A DNA stretch of 64,000 nt from an uncultured Planctomycetota bacterium. GTDB taxonomy: Bacteria; Planctomycetota; Planctomycetia; Isosphaerales; Isosphaeraceae. Each line of letters starts with the position of its first letter. Positions within the stretch are counted from its first letter, which is position 1. The stretch is from positions 1,472,001-1,536,000 of the forward strand of contig CAWGMQ010000003.1 of assembly GCA_963823665.1 (NCBI GenBank), written 5' to 3'. Under the pieces are notes generated by a model that saw only the letters and a list, made by a program, of their open reading frames with translations, ran no database searches and was not told the DNA's origin. The translations under genes were made by a program, and so were the position numbers. This document shows, piece by piece, positions 22,872 through 32,630 of the stretch.

Positions 22872-23505
22872 TTACACCTTGTTTGTCTGCCTGATCGTGA
22901 GATAGCCGCCGTTGGGGCCCGGGCACTGCCCCCTTGATCAGGAGCAGATTGTTGTCCTTGTCGACCCGGACGACCTCGAGGTTGCGCACCGTCACCTGAG
23001 CGTTGCCCATATGCCCCGGTTTCCGGATGCCCTTCTGGGTTCGTGCCGGATCGGCGCTGGGACCCGACGAGCCCGGGTGCCGGTGCATTCGCTTGACACC
23101 GTGGCTGGCCCGCAGCCCGCGGAACCCGTGCCGCTTCATCACGCCCGCAAAACCACGCCCCTTGCTGATGCCGGTCACGTCGACGCTCGAAATCGCGTTG
23201 AACAGATCGACCGTCAAGGTCTGCCCTTCGGCGATCTCGGTTGGCCCGTCCTGGCGCACTTCGCGGACAAATCGCTTCGGCTCGCCGCTCACCTTCCGTG
23301 CATGACCTCGCTCGGCCTGGTTGGCCTTCTTCCGTTTCTTGTCGTCAAACCCGAGCTGCCACGCGTGGTAACCGTCGCGGTCTTCGGTGCGAACCTGCAG
23401 CACCGTGCAAGGCCCGCATTCAAGGACCGTGACCGGCACGACCACACCGTTCTCTTGATAGATCTGGGTCATGCCGACTTTTCGCCCGAGCAACCCGACA
23501 CGCAT
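22872..23505 (-). CDS. rplC: 50S ribosomal protein L3; 1-nt frameshift in a C-run near 22915
   Basis: 'GLLGRKVGMTQ', 'GISKGRGFAGVMKRHGF'; corrected end 'GAVPGPNGGYLTIRQTNKV*'. Confidence 0.97.
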
Positions 23506-23800
23506 CGCCCCGACTCCCTCTGACTGACGAACGTTTGATTCCAGCGGCATGAACCGACGGTTCACCCGGCGGCGTTTTCGATGCCGTCATGCACCTGGCG
23601 TGTTTCGGTCAGGTTTCAACACAGATTGCCGCCAGGCATCACGGCAACCCGGGCATCAGAGCTATCGCACGGCGGCCGTTAAAGGTTACGCCGATTGAGG
23701 CATCCGACGCGACCGGACTTCTCACGCACGACCGTTAAGGTCATGCGCGGTCCAGGAAACCGTCAAACCTGCCCCTCGGAGACCGAGGTCTTCACCTCGA

Positions 23801-24133
23801 TCACGTTCCCGCTGGGGAAGCCTTGATCTTGATGTCCACCCCCGCGGGGAGGCTTAGCTTGTTGAGCGCGTCGATCGTCTTGTTGGTCGGTTGAACGATG
23901 TCGATCAATCGCTTATGCGTCCGGATCTCGAACTGCTCCCGCGACTTCTTGTCGATGTGCGGGCTCCGGAGCACCGTGTAGCGTTCGATGCGAGTCGGCA
24001 GCGGAATCGGCCCGTGGACAATCGCCTCCGTCCGCTTCGCGGTGTCGACGATGTCCTTGGCGGATTGATCGAGGATGGTATGGTCATACGCCTCCATCCT
24101 GATCCGGATCCGCTCGTTGCTGTTTCCCGCCAC
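23801..24133 (-). CDS. rpsJ: 30S ribosomal protein S10
   Basis: 'GPIPLPT', '[24 protein letters not shown]'. Confidence 0.98.
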   Translation of the reverse strand: MAGNSNERIRIRMEAYDHTILDQSAKDIVDTAKRTEAIVHGPIPLPTRIERYTVLRSPHIDKKSREQFEIRTHKRLIDIVQPTNKTIDALNKLSLPAGVDIKIKASPAGT

Positions 24134-24225
24134 CGTGCTGTCATCCTTCCCGGTCAAACCAAAATGATCAACGTATCAACGAGACCCTTCTCAAGCGGAC
24201 CTCGCACTTCACGTAGGAAAGTAAA

Positions 24226-24254
24226 AGTGTAGCAAGCGATAATTGAGCAGTCAA
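24226..24254 (-). promoter_or_regulatory. Sigma70-type promoter of the S10 operon
   Basis: TTGACT-N17-TACACT with a TGn extended -10, in an AT-rich gap between fusA and rpsJ. Confidence 0.7.
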
Positions 24255-24291
24255 CGTAGTTCAATGAGGAATTTGTAATTGGATTGGAGGG

Positions 24292-26425
24292 CTACATCCC
24301 GGCGATGGCCTCCAGAAGACTCTCGGGTGCCGCCGCGTATTCAAGCGGCTCCATGGTATACCCCGCCCGCCCCTGGCTCAGGCTGCGAACGGCCGTCGAG
24401 TAGCCGAACATCTTCTCGAGCGGTGCCCGCGCATCGATCACCATCAGCCGTCCGCGGCTGCTGGTGCGCTCGATGAGTGCCCGCCGGCTCGACAGATCGG
24501 CCGTGATTCCGCCCAGATACTCTTCAGGAGTGACGACCTCCAGCCGCATGATCGGCTCGAGCAAGACCGACCCGGCCTCCTGCACGGCCCTTCCGCAGCG
24601 CATCCGACGCCGCAAACCGAAACGCCAGGTCGTTCGAATCGACGTCGTGAGTCGCGCCATCGACGAGCGTCACCTTGAGGTCAACCAGCGGATATCCGGT
24701 CCGCCCTCCCGACTTGGCTTCCTCGCGCAGTCCCATCTCGATCGACGGACAGAAACTCAGCCGGAATCACGCCTCCCTTGAGCTTGTTCATGAAGTGGAG
24801 CACCGGCGCTCCCTTGGGCTGCGTCTCCGGCTCGACGTCGATCGTGACCTTGGCATAAAGACCCGAGCCGCCCGTCTGGCGAATGCAAGACCCCTCCACC
24901 CGCCGCACCGCGCGTTTGATCGTTTCGCGGTAACTCACCCGCGGCCTGCCCACATGCACGTTCAGCTTGAAGTCGCGAGTCATCCGGTTCTTGAGGATCT
25001 CCAGATGCAGCTCGCCCATGCCCGAGATCAAGGTCTGCCCCGTCTCTTCATTCACCCGAAACGTGAATGTCGGGTCTTCGCGCGCGAGCGCCCCCAGCGT
25101 GTCGGCCAGCTTGCCCTTGTCGGCCGAGCTCACCGGCTCGATCGACATGCTCATGACCGTCTCGGGAAACTCGATTCGCTCGAGCAAGATCGGGATGCGC
25201 TCCGTCGCAGAGCGTGTCTCCGGTCACCGAGTCCTTGAGCCCGACAATCCCGGCGATATCCCCGGCAAGCGCCTCGGTGATCTGCTCGCGGTCATCGGCC
25301 CGGATGTGGTAAAGCCGCGAACAGTTCTCCTTCTTGTCCTTGCCGGGGTTATAAACGCGGCTGCCCGACTTGAGCCGGCCCGAGTAGACCCGCACGAACG
25401 AAAGGTCCCCGTGGGCATCGCTCGTGATCTTGAAGACCAGCCCGCAGAACGGTTCGTCCGGGCTCGGCTTGCGCGTGATCTCGGTCCCTTTCTTCGGGAT
25501 GATGGCCCATCACCGGCGGCTTGTCGAGCGGGCTCGGCAAGTACGCGGCCACCGCGTCCAGCAGCCGCTGCACGCCAACGTACCGCAGGCTCGAGCCGCA
25601 CAGCACCGGGTGCGCCTGGCCCGTCAGCGTCACCCGCCGCAGTGCCGCGGTGATCGCGCTCGCCGGCAGGTCGGCCCCTTCGAGATGGGCCATGAACGCC
25701 TCGGTGAACACCTCGTCCTTGTCGGCCAGACTGTTGAGCATCTTCTCCCGCCACAGCTCGGCGCCCGGCAAGAGGTCCTCGGGAATTTCCGTCTCGGTGA
25801 TCGTCGAGCCCATGTCTTCGGTCTTGTAGTAAAGCGCCTTCATCGCGATCAGGTCGATCAGCCCCTTGAACTCGCCCATCGTCCCTTCCGGCCCGGCCCC
25901 GATCGGGATCTGCACGGGAATCGGATGGCTGTCGACCAGACGTTCTTCGATCTCGTGGTACACTCGCTCGAACTCGCTGCCGATGCGGTCCATCTTGTTG
26001 ATGAAGCAGATCCGCGGCACACGATACTTGGCCGCCTGCCGCCACACCGTTTCGCTCTGGGCCTCGACCCCCTCGACGGCGGAGAAAACCACCACCGCGC
26101 CGTCCAGCACGCGCAGCGAACGCTCGACCTCGGCCGTGAAGTCCACGTGCCCGGGCGTATCGATGATGTTGATCAAGAGCGGACGCCCGTCGGCGTCTTT
26201 CCACGTGCACGTGATTGCCGCCGCGACAATCGTGATCCCTCGCTCGCGCTCCTCGTCGAGATAGTCGGTGGTGGTGTTCCCCTTGTCGACATCCCCCATC
26301 CGGTGGATCTCACCGGTGTAATAAAGGATGCGCTCGGTGGTCGTCGTCTTGCCCGCATCGATGTGCGCAATGATGCCGATATTGCGAATCGACCGTAAAT
26401 CGCGCTCTGACGGATCGCTACCCAT
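24292..26425 (-). CDS. fusA: Elongation factor G (divergent paralogue); at least 4 frameshifts
   Basis: 'AHIDAGKTTTTERIL', 'RERGITI', 'DTPGHVDF', 'NKMD', 'SGMGELHL', 'LLEPIM' over five ORF pieces. Confidence 0.95.
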
Positions 26426-26598
26426 GATGATGTCGTTCCTGATCAGATCCGCCGCCAAGCGCTTTCGATGACTCGCCCAACCGCGCCGGCCGCCCGTTTG
26501 CTCTCATCTCGTGTCGTCGGTGCAAACTCTCGACAGATAGACTTTACCGCCCCACCGCCCCGGATACAGCGCGAATGCCGAAGTCCACCCCGCGGCCC

Positions 26599-26619
26599 CA
26601 ACTGACAACTGACAACTGA
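26599..26619. repeat. Heptamer tandem repeat (CAACTGA)x3
   Basis: caactga caactga caactga just downstream of the stop of the lipoprotein gene. Confidence 0.8.
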
Positions 26620-26623
26620 CCAA

Positions 26624-27024
26624 TCACCGATTAACCTTATTATCATCGAGCGAGCCTTGCACGCTCGTCTGTGCCAGTGGTTCCGAGTCGGAGCGTCGCC
26701 ACGAAGAAAACCGAGAGGAGTTGTCCGCGTTGCTGACGACGACGCGCGGCGACTTCGCTCTGTCCGCCGCTAACAGTGGTTGAGCGGGTTGAGCCGTCGG
26801 CCATCGTGGTTCCACCGTCCACGATCGAGGTCGTCGTGTCGCACAACGGCGATGTGCGCACGCTGCTCGGCACGGGCGCGCCGGGCGCGCAGGGGTCTGT
26901 ATTGTAGTAGTGGTAGTGCTGGTGGCATCCCGGGCCCACGAAAGCCAGTCCCGACGCCAGGAAGAGGCCGATGAGGATGTGTTCATGGCGCTGACAAAAC
27001 GCAAGGGCAGCGGGTTTTCCGCAT
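26624..27024 (-). CDS. Hypothetical lipoprotein; frameshifts near 27015 and 26755
   Basis: Removing one A gives MRKPAALAFCQRHEHILIGLFLASGLAFVGPG-C (lipobox-like), then 'HQHYHYY' and a Ser/Thr-rich tail. Confidence 0.55.
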
Positions 27025-27445
27025 GGCGAACGAACCTCCCGTGGCGTGGCGCGACTCAACCTTCGCGTGCTGTAACCGCCGCCGGAGGCTTGAGGCTGAG
27101 AAAAAACCAGCCGTGTGCCAGGCATTCATGCGGTACGGCGAACCTGAGCGCCTGAGATCAATCGAAAAAGTGCGTCGAGCATGACCGAAGTGTGGACGCA
27201 TAGAAGTCTCACCTGAGCCCGACAGTCCCTGTCGAAACTCAAGAGGCGGAACTTTAATCAAAATCGATAATCCAGCCAACGCCAGTTTTTGGGCAGCCCG
27301 ATGGTGCACGGTCGCACGATGAACACCCGCGCCTGACGGCGTTCCGATCTCCTCTTGAATTCGTGAGCCTCCAGAAAATGATCGTTGGTCATATCCAGTA
27401 ATCAGTTTTTCGAGAGAATCGCTCTCACTCCGCCTCTCACGTTTC

Positions 27446-29194
27446 TCAGCCACTGTCAAGGCTTTCCGTCGCGAAGTCGACGCAGCCTGCACACCGCTGG
27501 CTCGGGGGGAGTTCGTTTTGAACATTTGCCGCTTCTCCTTTGATTCCAAAGATTACGGAATCAATCCGTGCCGACTCCTCACCCAGAATCCCACCCTGCG
27601 TCGCGCCGCCGGTCAGTGCCGCGTCGACCGATGATTCCTGAGTCCCCCCTTCCACTCTCCGCGCGGCGTCCTCCGTCCTGGCTACCGGGGGGACTTTGTT
27701 TTGTACTTTCGCCCCTTCTCCTTTCCCAGCAACAATTACGGGATCACCCCCATCCGGCGTCGTGCTAAGCGAGTCGCCCTCGAATGCAGGCGCCGCATCG
27801 ACGGACTGACCCACTTCCCCGCCCCCGTCCTGAACCGCCCCAACTGCAACTTCCACGCCGGCGGGAAGCTCGCTCTCAACAGCCGTCGGCTGCGAGGGCA
27901 CAGAATCCAGTACGCCTCGAACGTGCTCTTCCGCACCAATCGCCCCGCTCGCGGCATCCGTCTGGTCCGCTGGGGCCTTGTATGGGTTGTCATACCGCGC
28001 CAGCCCTGCCTCCACATCTCCCTCGTAATCAAACGCATAGCGCACCGTCCCATGCTCGTCCAGAACGAGCCGTGGATCGGCTTCAGCCGCACGCATTCTC
28101 TCTTCTTGCCGCCGTCTCGCCTCTCTCCGCTGTTGTCGTTCGCTGCGCACAGTGCCCCACCCCTGTGCCTCATTGCGGCGAAGCTTGTGGATGGCATCGA
28201 TATGGCGATGGTGCGCCCGGTCGCAGCTCCCCCAGCGCCGATAGTACTGTTCGCCGAACTTGCTCCGGTCCTGCTTCAGGATCTCCGGTTGCAGCGCTTC
28301 GAGCTGATCGGCCACTCTCTGATGTTTGGCTTCAAGCTTCCGCAGCCGTTCCGTGGCCCTGTCGACGATCTCAAGCAGCACCGCCCGGGCCGCCGCGGCA
28401 TCCGGCGGCGTGATCGCTTCGAACTCTCGCCGCTCGACCCTCGCCTTGAACTGCTTGAACTGGTCGTCAGGAATCTCGCATCGCAACTCCTGGAACGCAT
28501 AGCGAGACTGAGGCTCGATCACGTGCGCGGCAAGAAAGATCACCGCAACCTCGTCCGAGCTAAGAGCGTCCAGCGGCTGATAACCCAGCAGCCGGATCGC
28601 CTTGAGCTTATCCGGCGATTGCCAGCCGCGTCCTCTTCGGAGCAAGCCCCCCAGCCCGCCCCACGTCTTCAGCAGCACCTGGCACCCCGGCAGCGTGGCT
28701 TCGAGCTGGGCGAGCACCCGGAACGGCCGGTCCTCGTCAACAGGTTCCCCCGACGCCGAAGTCCGCGGCTGTTTATGATCGTAGTCTCGCGACGCGTACA
28801 TCTCCGTCGGCCCCCGGCGATCAAACATCAGCCGTTGGAAGAGTGAATCAGCCTCGAGCGTCTGCTTGAGCGCCTCCGCCGCCGGCTCGGTCAGCATCCT
28901 CGCGGTCAGCCAAGCCGTCTCGGATCGCGTCGCGCGGTCAGCCATCCACCCAGCTTGCACCGCCCGCTCAACCTGCTGCTCCTCGTACCGGTTTCGTGTC
29001 CCGAGGTCCTCCTTGAGATCGTCAATCCTCGCCTGATACTCCTCCGGGTCATCCCCCGGCAAGAGCACATTCCGCGCCGAGCGGCCATGACGTACGGCGT
29101 TGTACTTTACGCGTTCCTTAGCCTCAGCCGTCCGGGGCCCCGTGCTCCCGTTAGGGTTCCGTGAACTTCGTTCGCGTTCTGCCTGAATGACCAT
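27446..29194 (-). CDS. Hypothetical protein with N-terminal 'STGPRT..K.....NA.RHG' motif
   Basis: 'NPNGSTGPRTAEAKERVKYNAVRHG...LLPGDDPEEY'; helical middle, low-complexity acidic tail. Confidence 0.75.
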   Translation of the reverse strand: MVIQAERERSSRNPNGSTGPRTAEAKERVKYNAVRHGRSARNVLLPGDDPEEYQARIDDLKEDLGTRNRYEEQQVERAVQAGWMADRATRSETAWLTARMLTEPAAEALKQTLEADSLFQRLMFDRRGPTEMYASRDYDHKQPRTSASGEPVDEDRPFRVLAQLEATLPGCQVLLKTWGGLGGLLRRGRGWQSPDKLKAIRLLGYQPLDALSSDEVAVIFLAAHVIEPQSRYAFQELRCEIPDDQFKQFKARVERREFEAITPPDAAAARAVLLEIVDRATERLRKLEAKHQRVADQLEALQPEILKQDRSKFGEQYYRRWGSCDRAHHRHIDAIHKLRRNEAQGWGTVRSERQQRREARRRQEERMRAAEADPRLVLDEHGTVRYAFDYEGDVEAGLARYDNPYKAPADQTDAASGAIGAEEHVRGVLDSVPSQPTAVESELPAGVEVAVGAVQDGGGEVGQSVDAAPAFEGDSLSTTPDGGDPVIVAGKGEGAKVQNKVPPVARTEDAARRVEGGTQESSVDAALTGGATQGGILGEESARIDSVIFGIKGEAANVQNELPPSQRCAGCVDFATESLDSG

Positions 29195-29446
29195 GACATC
29201 CCCTTTGATAAAAACTTGCCCACATCGTCTTGTTCGCCCACGCCCGTTCAACGGAGCATGGCCCATTTCCCAGATGATCTACAAAACCCCCCATCCCATT
29301 TGCGCCGTAGAGCAAGTTTTTTCGAGGACTTCAGCGAGCCCGGTCCGGTTAAGCCGTTTGCAACGATCACGCCCGCTTTTCGGCCCCAGCGAATCGGCGC
29401 ACGGACCCAATCCAACTCAACCGGGGACGACTCCCGCGCGTTGGAG

Positions 29447-29701
29447 GTGGGGCCGACACTCCTGTCGGCGACGCGCCACCGTTGCCCGCCCGAACGGGGC
29501 GCCGGTAAATAGCCAGGGGCTTCGAGCCCCTGGAACACCAGAACGACATCATCGCCGTAGCGCCGACACTCCTGTCAGCCACGTCCTTGCCCGACCCAAA
29601 GGGGCCGGGCGCCGTACGGCCGACACTGCCGCCAGCCACACCCCGCCATTCCCCGCCCCAATGGGACGCAGGTCAATAGCCAAGGGCTTCCAGCCCCTGG
29701 G
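29447..29701. repeat. REP/BIME-like mosaic: alternating palindrome types A and B, three units
   Basis: A = GTRG..GCCGACA-CTCC-TGTCGGC at 29447, 29557, 29614; B = CCC.AA.GGG...AATAGCCAGGGGCT-TCG-AGCCCCTGG at about 29485, 29590 (partial), 29655. Confidence 0.75.
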
Positions 29702-29972
29702 AAAGCGGTCGAGACAAAGCAAACGAGAACAATCGCGACGACCCGATGACCCGCCCGTCACGCAAATCGATGGCGACGAGCGCCCCACCTGATTCGACTG
29801 CCTGCCGAAATAACTCTTTGAACACCTCGAGCTTGTACCGGTCACTTGAGGGATGTTGTTCCCAGATGAGCGGATCGGAAGCCACAGCGAAAAGCTCATC
29901 AAAATCCTCCGCCCGAACCGGCCTGAGCTCAAGAAGTTCGCCTTTCAGAATAGGCGGGAGATCGAAGGGCAT
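29673..29972 (-). pseudogene. 3'-truncated duplicate of the GNAT acetyltransferase gene at 31179..31712
   Basis: About the first 80 aa closely match ('ELFAVASDPLIWEQHPS.DRYK.EVFKE.FR') and then run into the REP array. Confidence 0.85.
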
Positions 29973-30241
29973 TGATTGCCTCCTCCGGTTCCAAGGACAC
30001 CATCCCTGGCGCAGCGCAGCCGCAATGTTGGGCGCGGGACTCTGGCCCCGCCCGCTGGCGCGACCGCAGGTCTCCGCGATGCGCGCACGGCGCAGAGATC
30101 CTACAGTGGAAGACTCCTAAATAATCGACAGAGCACCCGGATTGCGACTTTCCAGAAGCAAGCCGCGGTCGTGCGCAGTAGGCAATCCATATTCCCGCCG
30201 ATGCCCCTTCCGGCTAACATGCCGCCAGGAAGGAGCCTGCC

Positions 30242-30691
30242 ATGCAGACAATCGCCCTGTCCGAAAACGCCGTCGCCGTGCTCAGGTACCGCGTAAAAAA
30301 GTGGCCCATGAAAGTCAGGGAGCGTGATCTGCCCGCCTATCGGGAACTTGTTGACGCCGGCATCATGACTCCCGACGGTGATGACTTTCGCTTCACCGAC
30401 GAGGGCTGGGCGCACCGTGAAGAATTGCTCCACGAGGCTGCAGACCGAATCGAGCGCGAGCGATTTGAGCCTCCCGATGCGAGCAACGTGTCGGAATCCG
30501 CAAGGGATCTGCTTCGCCGGCACTTGAGGGGCGATCGGGAGGTCACGGACGGGAACCGGCCCCAATACCGCGAGCTGGTAGCGGCGCGGATCTTGATACC
30601 CATTCATTCGTTCATCGGGGGCTCGGAATCCGCCTTTCACTTCACGTACTGGGGCTGGAAACGGCGGTTTGAGTTCGCGGAAATCCGCTGA
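30242..30691 (+). CDS. Hypothetical protein with two tandem winged-helix-like repeats
   Basis: GGAG RBS; repeat 1 'LSENAVAVLR...PAYRELVDAGIM...FRFTDEGWAHREE', repeat 2 'VSESARDLLR...PQYRELVAARIL...FHFTYWGWKRRFE'. Confidence 0.75.
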   Translation: MQTIALSENAVAVLRYRVKKWPMKVRERDLPAYRELVDAGIMTPDGDDFRFTDEGWAHREELLHEAADRIERERFEPPDASNVSESARDLLRRHLRGDREVTDGNRPQYRELVAARILIPIHSFIGGSESAFHFTYWGWKRRFEFAEIR

Positions 30692-31178
30692 GCGACATGA
30701 TAGTCCATCGCATCGGCATATCGCGCCGCAGAGTCGCGCGCATGCGCCGCCGGGTCGTGCCACATTGGCCTGGCCGATGGGGGCGTGCCGATCATCGCCG
30801 CCGACCAAAACCCGGCGGCAAGACGCTGCGCCGCCGCCTTGATGCGATAGAATATGCGACGAGGGGAAACCATCAGAGAAGCGTAGCAGCGACGCCGCAG
30901 GCCGACAAGAAAAGGCATGCTTGGATCGTCCAGGCTCCAAAGGTGAACACCCTGCGCTAATCGAAGGCAGTCGGGTTGATCGAGCGAATGGTCGACGCCT
31001 GCCGCGCTTCGGATGTCCGTCGCCCGTCGCGGCGACACGATACCTCGGAGCCATGGATCGTGTTTTTCTTCCCCAAGCCGCCGTGGCGGCCCCAACCGAG
31101 CCGCAGACAATAGGCACGGGCTACCAGGCCCCGTCGGGGAAATCCCACACCCCGGCCGACAGCCCGCTCACAATCCGT

Positions 31179-31712
31179 TCATTCACTGATCAACCACTCC
31201 GGCAGTGCCCCCGCCCGAATCTCATAAACGAAACTCTCTCGCCCACTCCCGTCGACCTTCGATCCAGCCCGAACCCCGCCGATTCTCTCCATCGCCCGCT
31301 GAGAGCGCAGATTATGTGGACCGATAAGAAAAATGACGCGGTCCACGAACCGGAAGGCGTGCTGAATCATGAGCCGTTTCATTTCCCTGTTGTAGACGCC
31401 GCCCCAATGCGACCTCGCCAAAAACGTCCAGCCGATCTCGATCTCGCCCTGCGTTTCGTCGTACCCCTTGAATCGCGACGACCCGATGATCCGGCCGTCG
31501 CGCAAGTCAATGACGACGAACGCCCCACCAGATTCCATTGCCAGACGAAAAAACTCCTTGAACACTTCAGGCTTGTATCGGTCGTTCGAAGGATGTTGTT
31601 CCCAGATGAGCGGGTCTGAAGCGACAGCGAAAAGCTCCAGAAAATCCTCCGCCCGAAGCGGCCTGAGCTCGAGACGTTCGCCTTTCAAGGTAGGCTGGAG
31701 ATCGAAGAGCAT
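31179..31712 (-). CDS. GNAT family N-acetyltransferase (RimJ/RimL-like)
   Basis: 'EIEIGWTFLARSHWGGVYNREMK', 'NLRSQRAMERIG'. Confidence 0.92.
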   Translation of the reverse strand: MLFDLQPTLKGERLELRPLRAEDFLELFAVASDPLIWEQHPSNDRYKPEVFKEFFRLAMESGGAFVVIDLRDGRIIGSSRFKGYDETQGEIEIGWTFLARSHWGGVYNREMKRLMIQHAFRFVDRVIFLIGPHNLRSQRAMERIGGVRAGSKVDGSGRESFVYEIRAGALPEWLISE

Positions 31713-32195
31713 CGATTCGTTCCTCGAGTCTGGTTGTCCGGTTTCGGGATTCGATTTGCTGCGCGCCCCTTCAATCTTGACGCATTTCGTCGCGCGGCGG
31801 GTGCGTTCGTCGTAACAAGCGAGAACGAGCTTCGGCTCCGATAATCACCGCGTCAAGCGCACAGCAACCTTTTTGCGCTCCGCGTCGATTGAACTGATCC
31901 TCACGGCACACTTGTCGCAGCTCTTGAATCGCCCGGCCTCCAGTCCACAGAGCATGACCGGCGCGCTGGTGCTCGTCGCCTTTATCGTGCGCTCGCGGAC
32001 CACGAATTCGATCCATTAAGTGGACACCGGGCCTTTCAGCTCCTGATGATGGATCTGAACTTTCCGGCGTACGCGTTTACTCCTCCGGAATGAGTCTCTC
32101 AACATTCGCCCGGCATTGATCGCGGGCCTTCGCCACGCTACAGTTGGCTGCAACTGGCGCTAACCTGGACCGTGGCGTTGAAAGGATCTTCACTC

Positions 32196-32630
32196 ATGAG
32201 CCAATCGTCCGAATCGAAGCCCGCTAGAGCGCCTGTCGATCCGAACCGTCCTTCCACTGCCGCGTTCGTAACCGGGTGGTTGCTTACAATCCTGCCGGCG
32301 GCGGCACTGATCTTCAGCGGAGTGATGAAGTTGATCCAGCCTGGGCCGCCCGAAGAAGTTGCCAAATATCTGGATCCGATCGGCTGGAAGCTCGAGCAAA
32401 TGGTCGGCCTGGGAATCCTCGAGTTGACCTGCGTGATCATTTACTTGATTCCGCAGACCTCCGTGCTCGGTGCAATTTTGGTAACGGGTTACATCGGCGG
32501 CATAATTGCCACGCACGTTCGCGTCGGTGACTTCGGCATTGTCCCATTCATAATTATCGGCGTTCTCATCTGGCTCGGGCTCTTCCTCCGCTACCCGAAG
32601 CTGCGACGGATGATTCCGTTCAACTTTTGA
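32196..32630 (+). CDS. DoxX family membrane protein
   Basis: 'SGVMKL', 'LYLIP'-like 'IYLIPQTSVLGAILVTGYIGGIIATHVRVGD'. Confidence 0.88.
   Translation: MSQSSESKPARAPVDPNRPSTAAFVTGWLLTILPAAALIFSGVMKLIQPGPPEEVAKYLDPIGWKLEQMVGLGILELTCVIIYLIPQTSVLGAILVTGYIGGIIATHVRVGDFGIVPFIIIGVLIWLGLFLRYPKLRRMIPFNF

Noticed and set aside
20735..26425. Programmed frameshifting or pseudogenisation of rplB, rplW, rplD, rplC and fusA
   Set aside because: Too many essential genes are affected, the shifts lack consistent slippery sites, and single-base fixes restore canonical sequence; sequencing error is far more likely
27100..27121. Possible sigma54 promoter (TGGCAC) on the minus strand
   Set aside because: The -12 element reads CTGG rather than TTGC
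29447..29701. Possible CRISPR array
   Set aside because: Irregular period, degenerate repeats, 'spacers' related to each other, and no cas genes; fits REP/BIME instead
32190..32630. Long antisense overlap of the SAM-fold ORF with DoxX
   Set aside because: Caused by a frameshift near 32750; the corrected gene ends at about 32620
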